Part shown: positions 1 to 11,600 of the stretch, piece by piece
Position numbering within the stretch: position 1 is the first letter of the stretch
Layout: each line of letters begins with the position of its first letter
Assembly (NCBI GenBank): GCA_038134595.1
Contig: JAYPVM010000001.1
Coordinates: 230,299-294,298, forward strand
Length of the DNA stretch: 64,000 bases
Origin: Pseudomonadota bacterium
Lineage (GTDB): Bacteria; Bdellovibrionota_C; UBA2361; OMII01
Direction: 5' to 3'
Position numbers and translations under genes: made by a program
The notes under the pieces: generated by a model
What the model saw: the letters and a program-made list of their open reading frames with translations, nothing else
What the model was told of the DNA's origin: nothing
The model's database searches: none

Positions 1-1765
1 CAGTATCCTCTGGGTGTACTAGTTCTGTCCAGGCGCGCATAGTTGTGGCCATATCGTTTGGATTATAACCTAATATCGATAACCAGCGCCCGTCGAATTG
101 AATCGCATCAGTTTGAATGTTCCAATCCCAAAAGCCAAGCCGCCCGGCATCAAGAGCTTGATGCAATCGGACCTTGTCAGCTTTTGATTGAGCTTCAAGT
201 AGTTTTCGCTCGGTTACATCCGTTGCAATTCCAATGATTCTAATAGGCTGGTTGTGGCTGTCATACTCGATGCCTCCTTTGACGAAACTCCATCGAATCT
301 CACCATTAGCGTGGATGAATCGATGCTCTAGTGTGAATGCAGACTGTTTCGTTTTTATTATTTCCCGATATCGTCTGTTAATGGCATGCGCATCGCTTTT
401 TGGAATTGCCGATTCCCAACTTGTTATGTGTTTACGAAATGATTTTGCTGGAAGGCCGTACAGAGCTTCCATCTGGATTGTCCATACGACTTCATTTGTC
501 TCGGTATTCCAGTCGAAGACACCTACGCTTCCAACTTGTTCTGCGTGTTCGAGACGTTTTCTTACCGATGTTAATCGATCCAGAAGTGTGCGCCTCTCTA
601 TAATCGTTGCCACTAACTTCAAAAGCACCGATAAGTGTTCGTTCGCTTCTGGAGATGGTGACATGAAGGGGTCTGTCGAAAGAATAGCGCATACTCCCCA
701 TACGATTCCGTTTGAAAGTGTTATTGGGTAGCTCCAACACGATTTAAAGCCGGCGGCTACTAGCCGTCCTGTAATGGGTTGATGTTTTACGGCGGTAAGA
801 GGAGCAAAAACTCTGGGCGTGTTTGATTGCACTACCTTCGTGAAGAACCCCTCTGGATTTTGAGGTAGTAATGGCTCAAAGAGCTTTGAGAGCTTGGAGT
901 GATTATCGTTAGGACGATCTACGGGACGAAACAGTCCATCGGATTCGTTGTTGGTCACAATGAGGCATGTGGTGCGCGAAAAGAGCTCCTCGATTGAATC
1001 TGCTACTAAGGCAATTGTTTCGTTTAATTTTGAGTTCTGACTGCCATGCATAAGGATTTTACTGTGCGCCCGATGTTCTATAAGAGCCGTATGACTTTCT
1101 GTAATGTCTTGAGTTGTGATCAGTAGCGTTGTGTCAGCGTTTGTGGGATTTTTGAGAATGTGAAGGTCTGCTTGTAGGACTTTATTGATAAGAGAGTGCG
1201 AATCAGATCGAAGAACTATAGGGACATCTAGAAGTGACTCACCCGAGTCAAGCACTTGGCGTATGTGATTTTTCATTTCTGGGACTTGATTGTAGAGGGT
1301 CTTTTCTAGGGGTTGGTTAACTAGCGAATCTCGAGAAACTGCTAGATGAGTGGCAAGAACCTTGTTTAGAGATATCCATTGTAGGTTGCTATCGATGTGA
1401 CCAATCCCTATACCGAGGTGGTCTTCGAAAGCAGTGGTAAAAGTTGCCTCTGTAGTAGGCGCACCGCTTGAGATTGGAGAGGTGTTTTGAGTGGATGATT
1501 TTTCGCTAGTTATGGTGGCCTCCTTGCACGGGATAATATGCGCTCGATTGGGAGCGTTTCGGCGTTGGACGAAGGCAAGGACAAGAAATATAGGAAGGCT
1601 TGCAAGGACGATTATAACGGCTACCCAGCTTGGTGTTACCTCGAGTTGGGAGTGCACGACAAGAGCCAGTAGGGCGCCGATGATTGTTGCCAGGATGATG
1701 TAGTAAGCTGCAGTCGATGAGTACCGGATAGGCGTATGAGGTTCGTAATCAGCTTCGACGCGCAT
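1..1765 (-). CDS. Membrane-anchored multi-PAS/GAF sensor protein (probably histidine kinase or GGDEF protein); partial, runs off the window start
   Basis: Absent from the ORF track. Translated by hand from the ATG at 1765 (MRVEADYEPH...): two N-terminal TM helices, a PAS-like region, a GAF-like region (GFKSCWSYPI), and PAS/PAC repeats (GVFDWNTETNEVVW, RIIGIATDVTERK, GFWDWNIQT, ELVHPED). The frame is open to position 2. Confidence 0.85.
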   Translation of the reverse strand, partial: MRVEADYEPHTPIRYSSTAAYYIILATIIGALLALVVHSQLEVTPSWVAVIIVLASLPIFLVLAFVQRRNAPNRAHIIPCKEATITSEKSSTQNTSPISSGAPTTEATFTTAFEDHLGIGIGHIDSNLQWISLNKVLATHLAVSRDSLVNQPLEKTLYNQVPEMKNHIRQVLDSGESLLDVPIVLRSDSHSLINKVLQADLHILKNPTNADTTLLITTQDITESHTALIEHRAHSKILMHGSQNSKLNETIALVADSIEELFSRTTCLIVTNNESDGLFRPVDRPNDNHSKLSKLFEPLLPQNPEGFFTKVVQSNTPRVFAPLTAVKHQPITGRLVAAGFKSCWSYPITLSNGIVWGVCAILSTDPFMSPSPEANEHLSVLLKLVATIIERRTLLDRLTSVRKRLEHAEQVGSVGVFDWNTETNEVVWTIQMEALYGLPAKSFRKHITSWESAIPKSDAHAINRRYREIIKTKQSAFTLEHRFIHANGEIRWSFVKGGIEYDSHNQPIRIIGIATDVTERKLLEAQSKADKVRLHQALDAGRLGFWDWNIQTDAIQFDGRWLSILGYNPNDMATTMRAWTELVHPEDT

Positions 1766-2139
1766 CGTTGTTTTATCGCCCTTACATAACCTGGTTTCTT
1801 AACTCAACTACTTAATTGATACCTTGTGTCTACTGGATCGCGTGCGATTCGTATGTGTATGTTGTTCCCAGTGGTCATTTAAAAGCCCTGCTATCTAAAT
1901 ACAATGATATTGACGACCTGCTTAAATTACCGCCTGTGTTCTAGCTGGCTGCCACATCAGGCAGGCTAACTTTCTAGAAAGGTGGAACAAATGTTGGTTA
2001 GACGCCTTTATCCAGCTTTCATGCTAGTCGACGGCCACAGGAAACGATATGATTTTGATCATAAAGGTGAGAGAGAAGATGCACATTCTCAAAGAGAGGC
2101 GAGTGAGTATGCAGCAAAAAGTTAGTGGAGAAGGCAGTA

Positions 2140-2532
2140 ATGACGCCTGTCTATGAGTTTGTCCTTGTTGGGGTCGGAGGGGCTCTTGGGGCAATGTGTC
2201 GGTTTGTTGTCTCAAAGTTCGCTAGCACCATTGGTTTTGCAGCCCTTGGGGCTATTCCGTTAGCAACGATGGCTGTAAATGTTTTGGGATGTTTTCTTGC
2301 CGGCTTTGTGTTTTCAATACTCTCTCGCGGAGGAGCGCTAGCGGAAGAGGCGCGGTTGCTTTGTATCGTCGGATTTCTCGGTGGTTTTACAACGTTTTCA
2401 GCCTTTAGCTTAGAGACGCTCTTGGTTATGCGAGAAGCTGGAGATTGGAGCTGTCTTCTATTTGTATCAGCAATGGTCGTGAGCGCTCTTTTAGCAGCTG
2501 CGGCAGGAAGATTGGTAGCGGGATATTTTTGA
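2140..2532 (+). CDS. crcB: Fluoride efflux channel FluC/CrcB
   Basis: Motifs GGALGAMCRF, TMAVNVLGCF and GFLGGFTTFSAF. ATG at 2140 follows a GGAGAAGG RBS. Confidence 0.95.
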   Translation: MTPVYEFVLVGVGGALGAMCRFVVSKFASTIGFAALGAIPLATMAVNVLGCFLAGFVFSILSRGGALAEEARLLCIVGFLGGFTTFSAFSLETLLVMREAGDWSCLLFVSAMVVSALLAAAAGRLVAGYF

Positions 2533-2863
2533 GGGATAGAAAGCTGCCGCTGAAATGTAGCCGCCCATGGTACGCGAACCTATTGAGTGTACGCCAGAAA
2601 TTCTTGCGATCTTTCTTTAGCGCGCATATTTTCTGGGAAGCATGTTCGTGATTGCTTTGTACTTTGAGAGTGGATTTTTCTCGAGTCTTAGGTTGTAGTT
2701 CAAGGAAATGATTGTTAGCCTAAACAAGAAGGTGGCGATAAGGCGTGATAGTAGGATGCATCAAAGCAGCGCAAGCGGTATATTTTGAATGCTTAGTTTC
2801 TGATTTGGTAGGGCTCGCAACGGGTTTTATGTTTGTGTGGTAATGGTTTCAGGGGGAGATAAT

Positions 2864-3355
2864 ATGAAGCAAAAATTGGCAATACTTGTTATTTTAACGG
2901 GTGTTTTAATGTCACACGATGCTGAAGCTCGTTCAATCGAGGAGCTCTGCCCACGCATTAAAGATGCGGGCAACCCCAGTAAGACGATTTACAAGCAATC
3001 GGCACCACTTCGGTCGGGAGATCTTAATTCTCCGATTGTTGGGTTTCGAAAGGAGCCAACTTTAATTTTTAATCGCAGAAACTTTAAAGGCGGGGCTCAC
3101 CGGATCTATGATTCAACAGGAGTAGCGTTGGCCCGTTGTCCAGTAGTCTCTGCCCACGGGCACGCTGGTCGGGCTCGATGTACTATTCAGACGTCATCAC
3201 TACGAAAACGAGCGAGAAGAAATTCTCTTCGAGCAACTGGGACAGCCTCACCGACTATTTACTTCAGGATTAAGCGAGGGTTGTGCGTGAGAGTTCCCGA
3301 CGCAGGTCGATGTGTCGGTAGTGTTAAGGGCTTGTGCGATCGTTTGATTAAATAA
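2864..3355 (+). CDS. Hypothetical secreted, basic, Cys-containing protein
   Basis: GGGGGAG RBS, a signal peptide (MKQKLAILVILTGVLMSHDAEA) and six Cys in the mature region. Confidence 0.7.
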   Translation: MKQKLAILVILTGVLMSHDAEARSIEELCPRIKDAGNPSKTIYKQSAPLRSGDLNSPIVGFRKEPTLIFNRRNFKGGAHRIYDSTGVALARCPVVSAHGHAGRARCTIQTSSLRKRARRNSLRATGTASPTIYFRIKRGLCVRVPDAGRCVGSVKGLCDRLIK

Positions 3356-3363
3356 CAGCTCTA

Positions 3364-4755
3364 CTATTGTTTGTCTGGAGCGGCTGGCCTCTGGATTCCC
3401 AGCTCGAAACGCAAGGCGTCCTCAAGCTCTGGAAATGAAAATGAGTATCCGCTGGTTAGCAGCGCTTTAGGATTAACAGCGCTGTTTACCAGTAGGATCT
3501 CATCGGCCATTTCTCCTAGCGCTATCTTTAGGAATGGAGCTGGAACGCCACAGATAGCGGGTCTTCGCAGGGTTTTAGCAAGGGCTTTTGTAAATTCCAA
3601 GTTCGTACACGGAGTAGAGGAGACGGCATTGACTGCTCCAGAGAGGGTGGGCGTATGTATGATGTGCTCGATGATGCCCAAGAGGTCTTGAAGTCCTATC
3701 CAGCTCATTCTCTGGGAGCCCGAGCCCAGTTTTCCGCCGAATCCCAGCTGAAAAGGAAGGAGCATTTTCTTAAGAGCTCCTCCTTTTGCTCCCAGCACTG
3801 TTCCGATCCGAAGATGTACTAATCGACACGATGTTTTTTCGATTTGGTTAGAGGCGGATTCCCAGGCTTTACATGTAGTCGCCAAAAACCCTTCGCCCTG
3901 AGGGGTGTCTTCATCAGCGCACGCTTGTTGTGTATCGCCGTAAAATCCAATCGCTGATGCCATAAGTGCCAGTGTGGGGGGAGAGTTTAGAGAGCGGATC
4001 GTTTCAGCCAATAACGCAGAACCGTTTGTTCGACTTGTTAAGACCCTCTGTTTGAAGGTTGGACTCCATCGCTTCTCCACGATGTTTGCTCCCGATAGAT
4101 TAATGATAGTGTGAATTCCATCGAATGCTTGGACGTCGATTTTGTGTTCATCGGGATTCCAATAAAACTCGTTTGTTGCTGTTGGCTTTCTCCGGACAAG
4201 CTTTCGTATGGAGTGGCCCGCGGTTTCAAGAAAGGCGCAGAGGGCCGAGCCAATAAAGCCGGATGCCCCCGCGATGAGAATCGTCTGTCGAGGGCAATTT
4301 TTATATCGATCGTGGAGGGTAATGTCACTCTGAACTAGCGTGTGCCTGAAGGCAAAAAGTCGAGTGAGCTCTTTTTGTATGTATGCTTCAAGCAGGTTAT
4401 TAAATACTGGTAGCGTGAATGATAGCGAATCACAGAGTTGGGTTTGATTTGGTTGAAGCTCTTTAAATGAGTGGACGTGTCTCCATGAACGAAAGGGGCC
4501 TCGTATCTGACGATCTGAGAATGAGGTGGGTGGAGTAAATGAGTCATGCTCTAGCTCCCATGTGAATTTTATCGGCCCAAGTATAGGAACTCGGATTAAA
4601 ACGCGGCTTTTTTCGGCGTTAGGTGCGGCGTATTTAATGAGTTCGATGTGTTTCCATGGTGGGCAAAGTCTCTGAAATGCACCATTTCGCACATGCCATT
4701 GAAACACCTCCTCAATTGGGGCTCTGATAACACTTTGCCACGTAAAGGTTGGCAT
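3364..4755 (-). CDS. TIGR01777/YfcH-family NAD-dependent epimerase with N-terminal SRPBCC domain
   Basis: N-terminal FQWH..GAFQRL.PPW and GPFRSWRHVHSF; Rossmann motif GASGFIG; SAIGFYG; GGKLGSGSQRMSWI. Confidence 0.92.
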   Translation of the reverse strand: MPTFTWQSVIRAPIEEVFQWHVRNGAFQRLCPPWKHIELIKYAAPNAEKSRVLIRVPILGPIKFTWELEHDSFTPPTSFSDRQIRGPFRSWRHVHSFKELQPNQTQLCDSLSFTLPVFNNLLEAYIQKELTRLFAFRHTLVQSDITLHDRYKNCPRQTILIAGASGFIGSALCAFLETAGHSIRKLVRRKPTATNEFYWNPDEHKIDVQAFDGIHTIINLSGANIVEKRWSPTFKQRVLTSRTNGSALLAETIRSLNSPPTLALMASAIGFYGDTQQACADEDTPQGEGFLATTCKAWESASNQIEKTSCRLVHLRIGTVLGAKGGALKKMLLPFQLGFGGKLGSGSQRMSWIGLQDLLGIIEHIIHTPTLSGAVNAVSSTPCTNLEFTKALAKTLRRPAICGVPAPFLKIALGEMADEILLVNSAVNPKALLTSGYSFSFPELEDALRFELGIQRPAAPDKQ

Positions 4756-4773
4756 GGCAGTTACCGCTCTGTC

Positions 4774-5205
4774 TTATCCAAAGATACGCTTTGCTAATTG
4801 ACTTGCGACCTTGCCGTCGTATTGGCCCTGATAGCTATCTTTTAGGTGCTTCATGGCTAGCCCCATCGAAGCGTTCTGTGCGGATGCTTTGAAGCCCTGT
4901 AGGATTTCCTCTAGTTTTTCCTCGGAGAGCATCTGAGGTAGGAATTGTTCAAGAACCTTGATTTCGTTTTCCAGCTTTTCTTTTTCTTCCACTCTATTGG
5001 CTTGTTCTTCAAATGAGATAGCTTCTTTTCGTTTTTTTACCTCCCTCTGACAAATGGTCAAGCAGCTTGCAGGATCTAGGTCGGCTGCATCAGTTTGGAG
5101 TTCCTCGTATTGAATCTCACTTAGGAGCGCGCGAATTGTTTCCGTTGCCACTTTGTCTTTGGCACGCATTGCTGATTTCAAGGCTTCTTTGAGGGTAGTT
5201 TTCAT
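4774..5205 (-). CDS. GatB/YqeY domain protein
   Basis: LKSAMRAKDK, REVKKRKEAI..F, FLPQMLSEE, MGLAMK. Confidence 0.92.
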   Translation of the reverse strand: MKTTLKEALKSAMRAKDKVATETIRALLSEIQYEELQTDAADLDPASCLTICQREVKKRKEAISFEEQANRVEEKEKLENEIKVLEQFLPQMLSEEKLEEILQGFKASAQNASMGLAMKHLKDSYQGQYDGKVASQLAKRIFG

Positions 5206-5445
5206 AATGATGTTAAGTTTACGTAGATCGCTGAAAAGAGCAACATGACTTAGATAATTATTTGGTGCGATGAGTGGATCTCGAGGTTGCTGGCAATAGA
5301 TTGAAAGTACAGCATTTTTGTCTTTTTAAAGAGAGTAAAGTTTTTTCACGATGAAGCCGACCCAATCAACAAGTAGAGAGTGCCTCAAGAAGGCCATCTT
5401 GTAAGAGGTTTACTAAACTGGGGACCTCGCTGGGAAGCTATTGTA

Positions 5446-7215
5446 ATGGAAACCCTACGCGTTGATAGAGATCTCGGTAATATCGAGCTCGGTGTTATTG
5501 ATTATCGGACGTTAGCAGTCGTGTCTGCTCCTGCTCGCTTTTACTCGTGGATTAATCGCTCTGTAAATGAGCGCGTTGTGTTGACCGATATTATAACGGA
5601 CGTAACCGCGGAAGATATTTACACGACCCTCGATTCGCAGGGAGGTATTTGTGATCTTGAGTCTGTATTTAAAGCTGAGTCCGGTGAGGAGGTAATACTT
5701 CGGCTCCGTTTGCACCGTACAGGCGCGAGTCCTGTTTCTCCACTTCGTCTTATTGTCTTAGATATATCTGAACTCCGCCGTAAAGAGGAGATTTTGCGAA
5801 CGGTGTCTGATTTGCTTGAAAAACATAAAGCGATTATTTCCGAGAGTAGGAAGAATCTAAAAGAGCTTCTTGATACATTGCCCCAAGCGGTTTTGATGAT
5901 TGATTCCAAATTGCAGGTCATCTCTGAATCTTCAACTCGAATTGAAGAGGTTTTTGGAAGAGATGTTTTTAGAAAAAGCTTAATGGAGCTCATGAGCCTT
6001 AGCGAAAAGGATTGCGAGTCCCTTATTTTAGCATTTTCTGGTTTGCGATGGGATTTGTTACGAGATGCGGCTCCCAAAGAATGGAGGAGCGGAGATTCGC
6101 TCTATGCTGTTTCTTTTATTCCTCGTTACGAGAAAGAGCGTATGGTTTCCATGACGGTGGTTTTTGACGATATAACAGAAGAGAGGAGAATTCAGGACTC
6201 GCTTGTTCGAGTTGATGCAGAGAATCGAACGCTTCTGGCGATTTTAGGCGCGCAGGAGGAATTTTTCGATCTTGTGGACTTGGCGCAACGAGCCGTTACG
6301 AAAGTAAGCGATCCGGTTGCTCTGCGCTCATTAGTGCACGATCTAAAGGGTGGCTTTTCCTTGTTTGATTGCCCCCATTTGATATCGGTGTGTCATGAAG
6401 CTGAAACCGACTGGAAGGCTACTGGATATACCGAAGAGAAAGCCAGGCGGTTTTTGAGCGATTTAAATCATGATATTCAGAGTATTCTCGATCGTTTCCA
6501 AGATAGTATCAGTAAGCCTAGCTATGAGTATGATATGGAGAATATGCACAGAGAGTTGCGGGTTGATTATCGCAATTTTGTGGAGGTGATGAATCAGGCG
6601 CAAAGAGACCGCGTGTCTCCCGCGCTTCTTGATAGCCTAGAGGCATTGGCAAGACGCCCAGTATCTGGAATTCTTGGATGGTTAGACAAGATTTGGGATA
6701 AGACGCTCCGAGCCGAGGGGAAATTGGCCAATTCGATCGTATTTAAGGGCGATGTAAGTTTACCGAGAGAGCCGTACAAGCATTTATTTCAAACGTTTGT
6801 GCATATCATACGTAACGCTGCTGATCACGGCATTGAGCGCCCGGAGAGTCGACGACAAAGTGGAAAAAATCCTGAAGGTAATATGGAGATTCGTTGTTCA
6901 TGCGTTGATAATATGTATGAATTTACCTTTAGAGATGATGGGGAGGGGATAGATCCAAACAAGATAATTTCTTTGGCTAGAGAGCGTGGTATTGATGTGC
7001 CGGATAGCATCTCTCGAGATGAGGCCTTTTTACTGCTCTGCGAACCCGAGTTCTCCTCCAAAAGTACAGCAACAGAACTCTCGGGAAGGGGGGAGGGGTT
7101 GTATGCGGTTCAGCAAGCGGCGAGGTCTTTTGGCGGAGAATTGTCGATTCAGAGTGAGTGTGGCAAGGGAACGAAAGTAACTGTGCGCTTTAAGCGACGA
7201 CCACATTGCATTTAA
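5446..7215 (+). CDS. CheA-like histidine kinase (PAS + Hpt + HATPase, no CheW domain)
   Basis: Hpt motif LVHDLKGG; CheA-type HIIRNAADHGIE, DDGEGID, FSSK..ATELSGRGEGL. Start is uncertain (5380 or 5446). Confidence 0.85.
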   Translation: METLRVDRDLGNIELGVIDYRTLAVVSAPARFYSWINRSVNERVVLTDIITDVTAEDIYTTLDSQGGICDLESVFKAESGEEVILRLRLHRTGASPVSPLRLIVLDISELRRKEEILRTVSDLLEKHKAIISESRKNLKELLDTLPQAVLMIDSKLQVISESSTRIEEVFGRDVFRKSLMELMSLSEKDCESLILAFSGLRWDLLRDAAPKEWRSGDSLYAVSFIPRYEKERMVSMTVVFDDITEERRIQDSLVRVDAENRTLLAILGAQEEFFDLVDLAQRAVTKVSDPVALRSLVHDLKGGFSLFDCPHLISVCHEAETDWKATGYTEEKARRFLSDLNHDIQSILDRFQDSISKPSYEYDMENMHRELRVDYRNFVEVMNQAQRDRVSPALLDSLEALARRPVSGILGWLDKIWDKTLRAEGKLANSIVFKGDVSLPREPYKHLFQTFVHIIRNAADHGIERPESRRQSGKNPEGNMEIRCSCVDNMYEFTFRDDGEGIDPNKIISLARERGIDVPDSISRDEAFLLLCEPEFSSKSTATELSGRGEGLYAVQQAARSFGGELSIQSECGKGTKVTVRFKRRPHCI

Positions 7216-7278
7216 TGACTTGAGATGGCGAGGTGTTTCCGTATCTCATTAGCGGAGCTATCGGATGTGAGCTATCCG

Positions 7279-8397
7279 TTAAAGAGTGCCAAGTTGAAGG
7301 CGAATCTCTTTTTTTTCTCCATTTCTCAGTAGACTCAAGAGGACGGAGTCGCCTGGACTTTTCTCATCCAGAATCCTTAATAGGTCGTCACCGTTTTCTA
7401 TCGCAAGACCATCGATTGCTGTAATGATATCACCCATTCGGATGGTTCCATCTTGTAGACGGGTAATGCCGCGCAGGCCTGAGCGTTTAGCTGGTGAACG
7501 GGGAAGGACGTCAGCTATGATTGCTCCGTAGATTCCTTGTCGTCTTGCTAGATCACTTTCGATAAGGCGAATGCCTATGCCCGGTTTTGTGACTTTCCCA
7601 TACTTGATTAGTTGAGGAACGATTCTGTTGATCGTATCGACAGGAACTGCAAAGCCAATTCCTGAGTATGCTCCCGAGGGGCTGACAATCGCAGTGTTCA
7701 TACCTATTAGTCTGCCGGAACTATCTAGGAGTGGTCCGCCAGAGTTACCTGGATTAATTGCAGCATCAGTTTGAATGACCCCTTGAATCGGTCTGTCTGT
7801 TACCGATTTTATCTCTCGACCGAGTCCGCTAATAACTCCTGTTGTCAGGGTGTGATCGAAGCCGAACGGATTTCCGATTGCATAGACCTTTTGTCCCACT
7901 CGGAGCCCCTTTGAGTTGCCTCGAGGGATCGGATTGAGGTTTCTTTCGGGGGTATGAACCTTGAGTACAGCGATGTCTTTATCTGGCTCAACGCCGACAA
8001 GGCTCGCTTGCAGTGTTGTTTGGTCTGACAGGGTAATTGTTGCAGCCTGTGCATCTTGAATGAGGTGGAAGTTTGTAACGATATAACCCTTGTCGTTCCA
8101 GATAAAACCCGTGCCGGCTCCTTGTGGGGTTTCAAAAACCTTCATGCTAAGAAAGTCTCGTTCAACAGACAGGCTGGTAATATACACAACCGAGCTCTGA
8201 GCTCTTTCGAAGATATTTATTACAGACACTTCATCCGGGCTTAAGTGCGTCCTTCGAAGGATGGAATTGCCTTCTACGGATGTATCTCGGGGCGGAGTAA
8301 GGAGCTGAAGTGCGCCGTATACCACAAATACCACAAGAGCGCCTAAAAACGCTGAAGAAATCAAGCCGCTAAGGGCCCTGATGCGGTGAGTCGCCAT
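7279..8397 (-). CDS. HtrA/DegP-family serine protease (trypsin domain + one PDZ)
   Basis: GAGTGFIW, VTNFH, DKDIAVLK, IQTDAAINPGNSGGPL; N-terminal TM; C-terminal PDZ. Confidence 0.95.
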   Translation of the reverse strand: MATHRIRALSGLISSAFLGALVVFVVYGALQLLTPPRDTSVEGNSILRRTHLSPDEVSVINIFERAQSSVVYITSLSVERDFLSMKVFETPQGAGTGFIWNDKGYIVTNFHLIQDAQAATITLSDQTTLQASLVGVEPDKDIAVLKVHTPERNLNPIPRGNSKGLRVGQKVYAIGNPFGFDHTLTTGVISGLGREIKSVTDRPIQGVIQTDAAINPGNSGGPLLDSSGRLIGMNTAIVSPSGAYSGIGFAVPVDTINRIVPQLIKYGKVTKPGIGIRLIESDLARRQGIYGAIIADVLPRSPAKRSGLRGITRLQDGTIRMGDIITAIDGLAIENGDDLLRILDEKSPGDSVLLSLLRNGEKKEIRLQLGTL

Positions 8398-8600
8398 GTC
8401 TACCTCAATGCCTTGTTACGCAACTCTATTGAGAGTCATTTGATGAGATGGATATATAGTACTGATAAATGGATATTTCTGCCAGATCGGTGTATATGTA
8501 TTCGTATGGTTTAACTGTGCTTGTTCTCAAGAGGGGTATGTGCACAAAAGATCCCGCGAGACTAAGTGCCTCGCAAAGTATTTATGTCTAAATAGTTACA

Positions 8601-11600
8601 ATGCGCCAGTCTGATTCTCTTTCAATCCTGAAATCCCTTTTAGAAAAACGCCATCTTTTCTTGGACGGGGGGATGGGCACTATGATTCAGCGTTATGATC
8701 TTGCTGAGGATGATTTTCGTGGTACTACGCTGACTACTCACCCAAAATCTCTCAAGGGAAACAACGATCTATTAAGCATCACTCGACCTGATATTATTCA
8801 AGATATTCATGAGCAGTTTCTACGAGCTGGCTCTGATATCATTGAGACAAACACATTCTCATCGACTCGGACAGCACAGGCTGATTATGCTTTAGAATTT
8901 CTTGTACCTGAAATCAACAAAGCAAGTGTCACGGTCGCTAAAAATGCGGTCGCAGCAGTGATGAGAGATTTCCCTCAGAGGCAGTGTTTCATTGCAGGAG
9001 CGATTGGCCCAACAAATAAGACTGCCTCGCTCTCTCCTGACGTGAACAATCCCGGCAAACGACTTATCACGTACGCAATTTTAGAGCAGGACTATTACGA
9101 GCAGGCACTACTTCTATCAGAGGCTGGCGTTGATCTTTTGTTGGTTGAGACAATCTTTGACACGTTAAACGCCAAGGCGGCGATTAGCGGTGTTGGGCGC
9201 GCGTGTCAGGAGCGGGGAGTTGAGATTCCTCTCATGCTCTCTGTTACTATAACTGATCAGTCAGGACGAACGCTATCTGGGCAGACGGCGCGGGCATTTT
9301 GGTATTCTGTGCAACATGCTGATCCGTTTAGTATAGGAATCAACTGTGCGCTGGGCGCGCATGAGATGCGGCCATATCTGCGTGAATTGGCAGCGGTAGC
9401 GGACTGTTATGTGAGTTGCTATCCGAATGCTGGATTACCCAATCCGCTAAGCGAGACTGGTTATGATGAAACTCCCACAGATACCTCGACGGCATTAGGC
9501 GAGATAGCTGATGATCAACTGCTCAATATCGTTGGTGGATGTTGCGGAACGACACCGGGGCATATACACGCCATTTGTGATCGCATTTCTGACGTTCCGC
9601 CACATGCTTGCCATCCGAGAGCGACACGCTTGAGCTTGGCAGGGTTGGAGCCTTTTGTTATCACTCCAGAGAACCCATTTGTATTAATTGGGGAGCGTAC
9701 AAATGTCACGGGTTCTCCCAAGTTTCGCAAGTTAATCGAGCAAGACAAGTATGAAGAGGCATTGTCTGTAGCGCGGCAACAAGTTGAGAATGGCGCTAAC
9801 ATTATCGATGTAAACTTCGATGAAGGGTTACTTGATGGTGTTGCGTGCATGCGGAAGTTTTTAAACCTAATCGCTTCCGAGCCCGACATTGCTCGAGTTC
9901 CTATCATGATTGATAGCTCACAGTGGTCAGTGATTGAAGCGGGACTTCAGTGTTTGCAAGGGCGGGGTATTGTAAATTCTATTAGTCTTAAAGAGGGCGA
10001 GGATGCGTTTAAAAGGCAGGCACAAGCCATTAAGAGCTATGGAGCCGCCATGGTGGTCATGGCTTTTGATGAGCGCGGCCAGGCCGCAACACTAGCAGAC
10101 AAGGTGAGGATCTGTCAGAGGGCGTATAAGATTTTGACAGAAGAAGTAGGTATAGCCCCTCACGATATCATATTTGATCCGAACGTGCTTACGGTTGCGA
10201 CCGGAATTGAGGAGCATAATTCGTACGGAGTTGATTTCATTGAGGCTGTTCGAGAGATTAAGGCGACCTGTCCAGGTGCTCTTACGAGCGGGGGGATTAG
10301 TAACGTTTCGTTTTCGTTTAGAGGAAACAATCGCGTGCGAGAGGCGATGCATGCTGTGTTTCTTTTTCATGCCATAAAGGCTGGATTAGATATGGGAATC
10401 GTCAATGCCGGTATGCTGGAGGTTTATGAGCAGATCGAGCCCGAGCTGCTTCGGCGTGTAGAGGACGTGATCCTTAATCGTCACGATGGAGCAACGGAAG
10501 CACTTCTAGAATACGCCGATCAATTCAAAGGGGTCTCTACGAGTAAGGGAGTAGCGCGTGATGATTCGTGGAGACAGTTGCCCTTAGCGGAGCGTATATC
10601 TCACGCTTTGGTTAAGGGGATTACCGAATTCATAGAAGCAGATACCGAAGAGGCACGGCAGACGTATGAAAGTCCGCTGGCTGTTATTGAGGGCCCGTTG
10701 ATGGACGGCATGAGGCATGTAGGAGACCTTTTTGGCGCCGGGAAAATGTTTCTTCCCCAGGTAGTCAAAAGTGCTCGGGTCATGAAGCAGGCAGTCGCCT
10801 ACTTAGAGCCATTTATGGAATCTGCCAAAGAAGGGGCGGGTGCGTCAGATCGCCAAAAAACGTTTGTGATAGCTACTGTGAAAGGCGATGTTCACGATAT
10901 TGGCAAGAATATTGTGGGAGTTGTGCTGGCCTGTAACGGCTATAAGGTAATTGATCTAGGCGTAATGGTGGAATGCGGTGAGATAATGAAAGCCGCTAAG
11001 GAGCATAACGCTGACATCATTGGAATGAGTGGTCTAATTACTCCATCGCTTGATGAGATGGCTGCCAATATACGAGAGTTTCAAAAAGATGGTATAGCGA
11101 TTCCGATTTTAATCGGTGGCGCAACGACATCCAGGGCGCATACGGCGATAAAGCTAAGCCCATTTTATTCAGGAGCTGTGGTGCATGTTGCCGATGCATC
11201 TCTAGCCGCTGAGGTATGCGCAAATGTAACAGGCGAAGATAGGCGAGAGGCGTATATAGCTAATCTTAAGGTTGCACAGGAAGAGCAGAGAAGAGTCTTT
11301 GCTGAAGGGAGAAGAGAGCAGAAATTTGTCTCTATTGAAGAGGCGTATGAAAATCGATTTATTCCGAAGAGCTGGCCTTCCGATTCACCGATGTTTACGG
11401 GCGTTAAAACTTTTAAAGATATTTCGTTGGAAGATGTCGCTGAATTTATTGACTGGTCGCCGTTATTTTGGACATGGGACTTAAAAGGATCTTACCCTTC
11501 GATACTTTCAAACAAGCGATACGGTGAGCACGCACAAGAGATTTTGTCCGATGCTCAAAAGTTGCTTGGGCAAATACAGAGAGAAAAACGTTTTTCATTA

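Noticed and set aside
2060..2150. Fluoride riboswitch upstream of crcB
   Set aside because: taatgacgcct resembles the 3' consensus but overlaps the likely start codon. I found no 5' GGNGATGR..YCYCC hairpin with a matching pseudoknot. A cmscan against the Rfam fluoride model would settle it.
8398..8600. SAM or cobalamin riboswitch upstream of metH
   Set aside because: No consensus elements are visible. There is only a short atggatat direct repeat of uncertain meaning.
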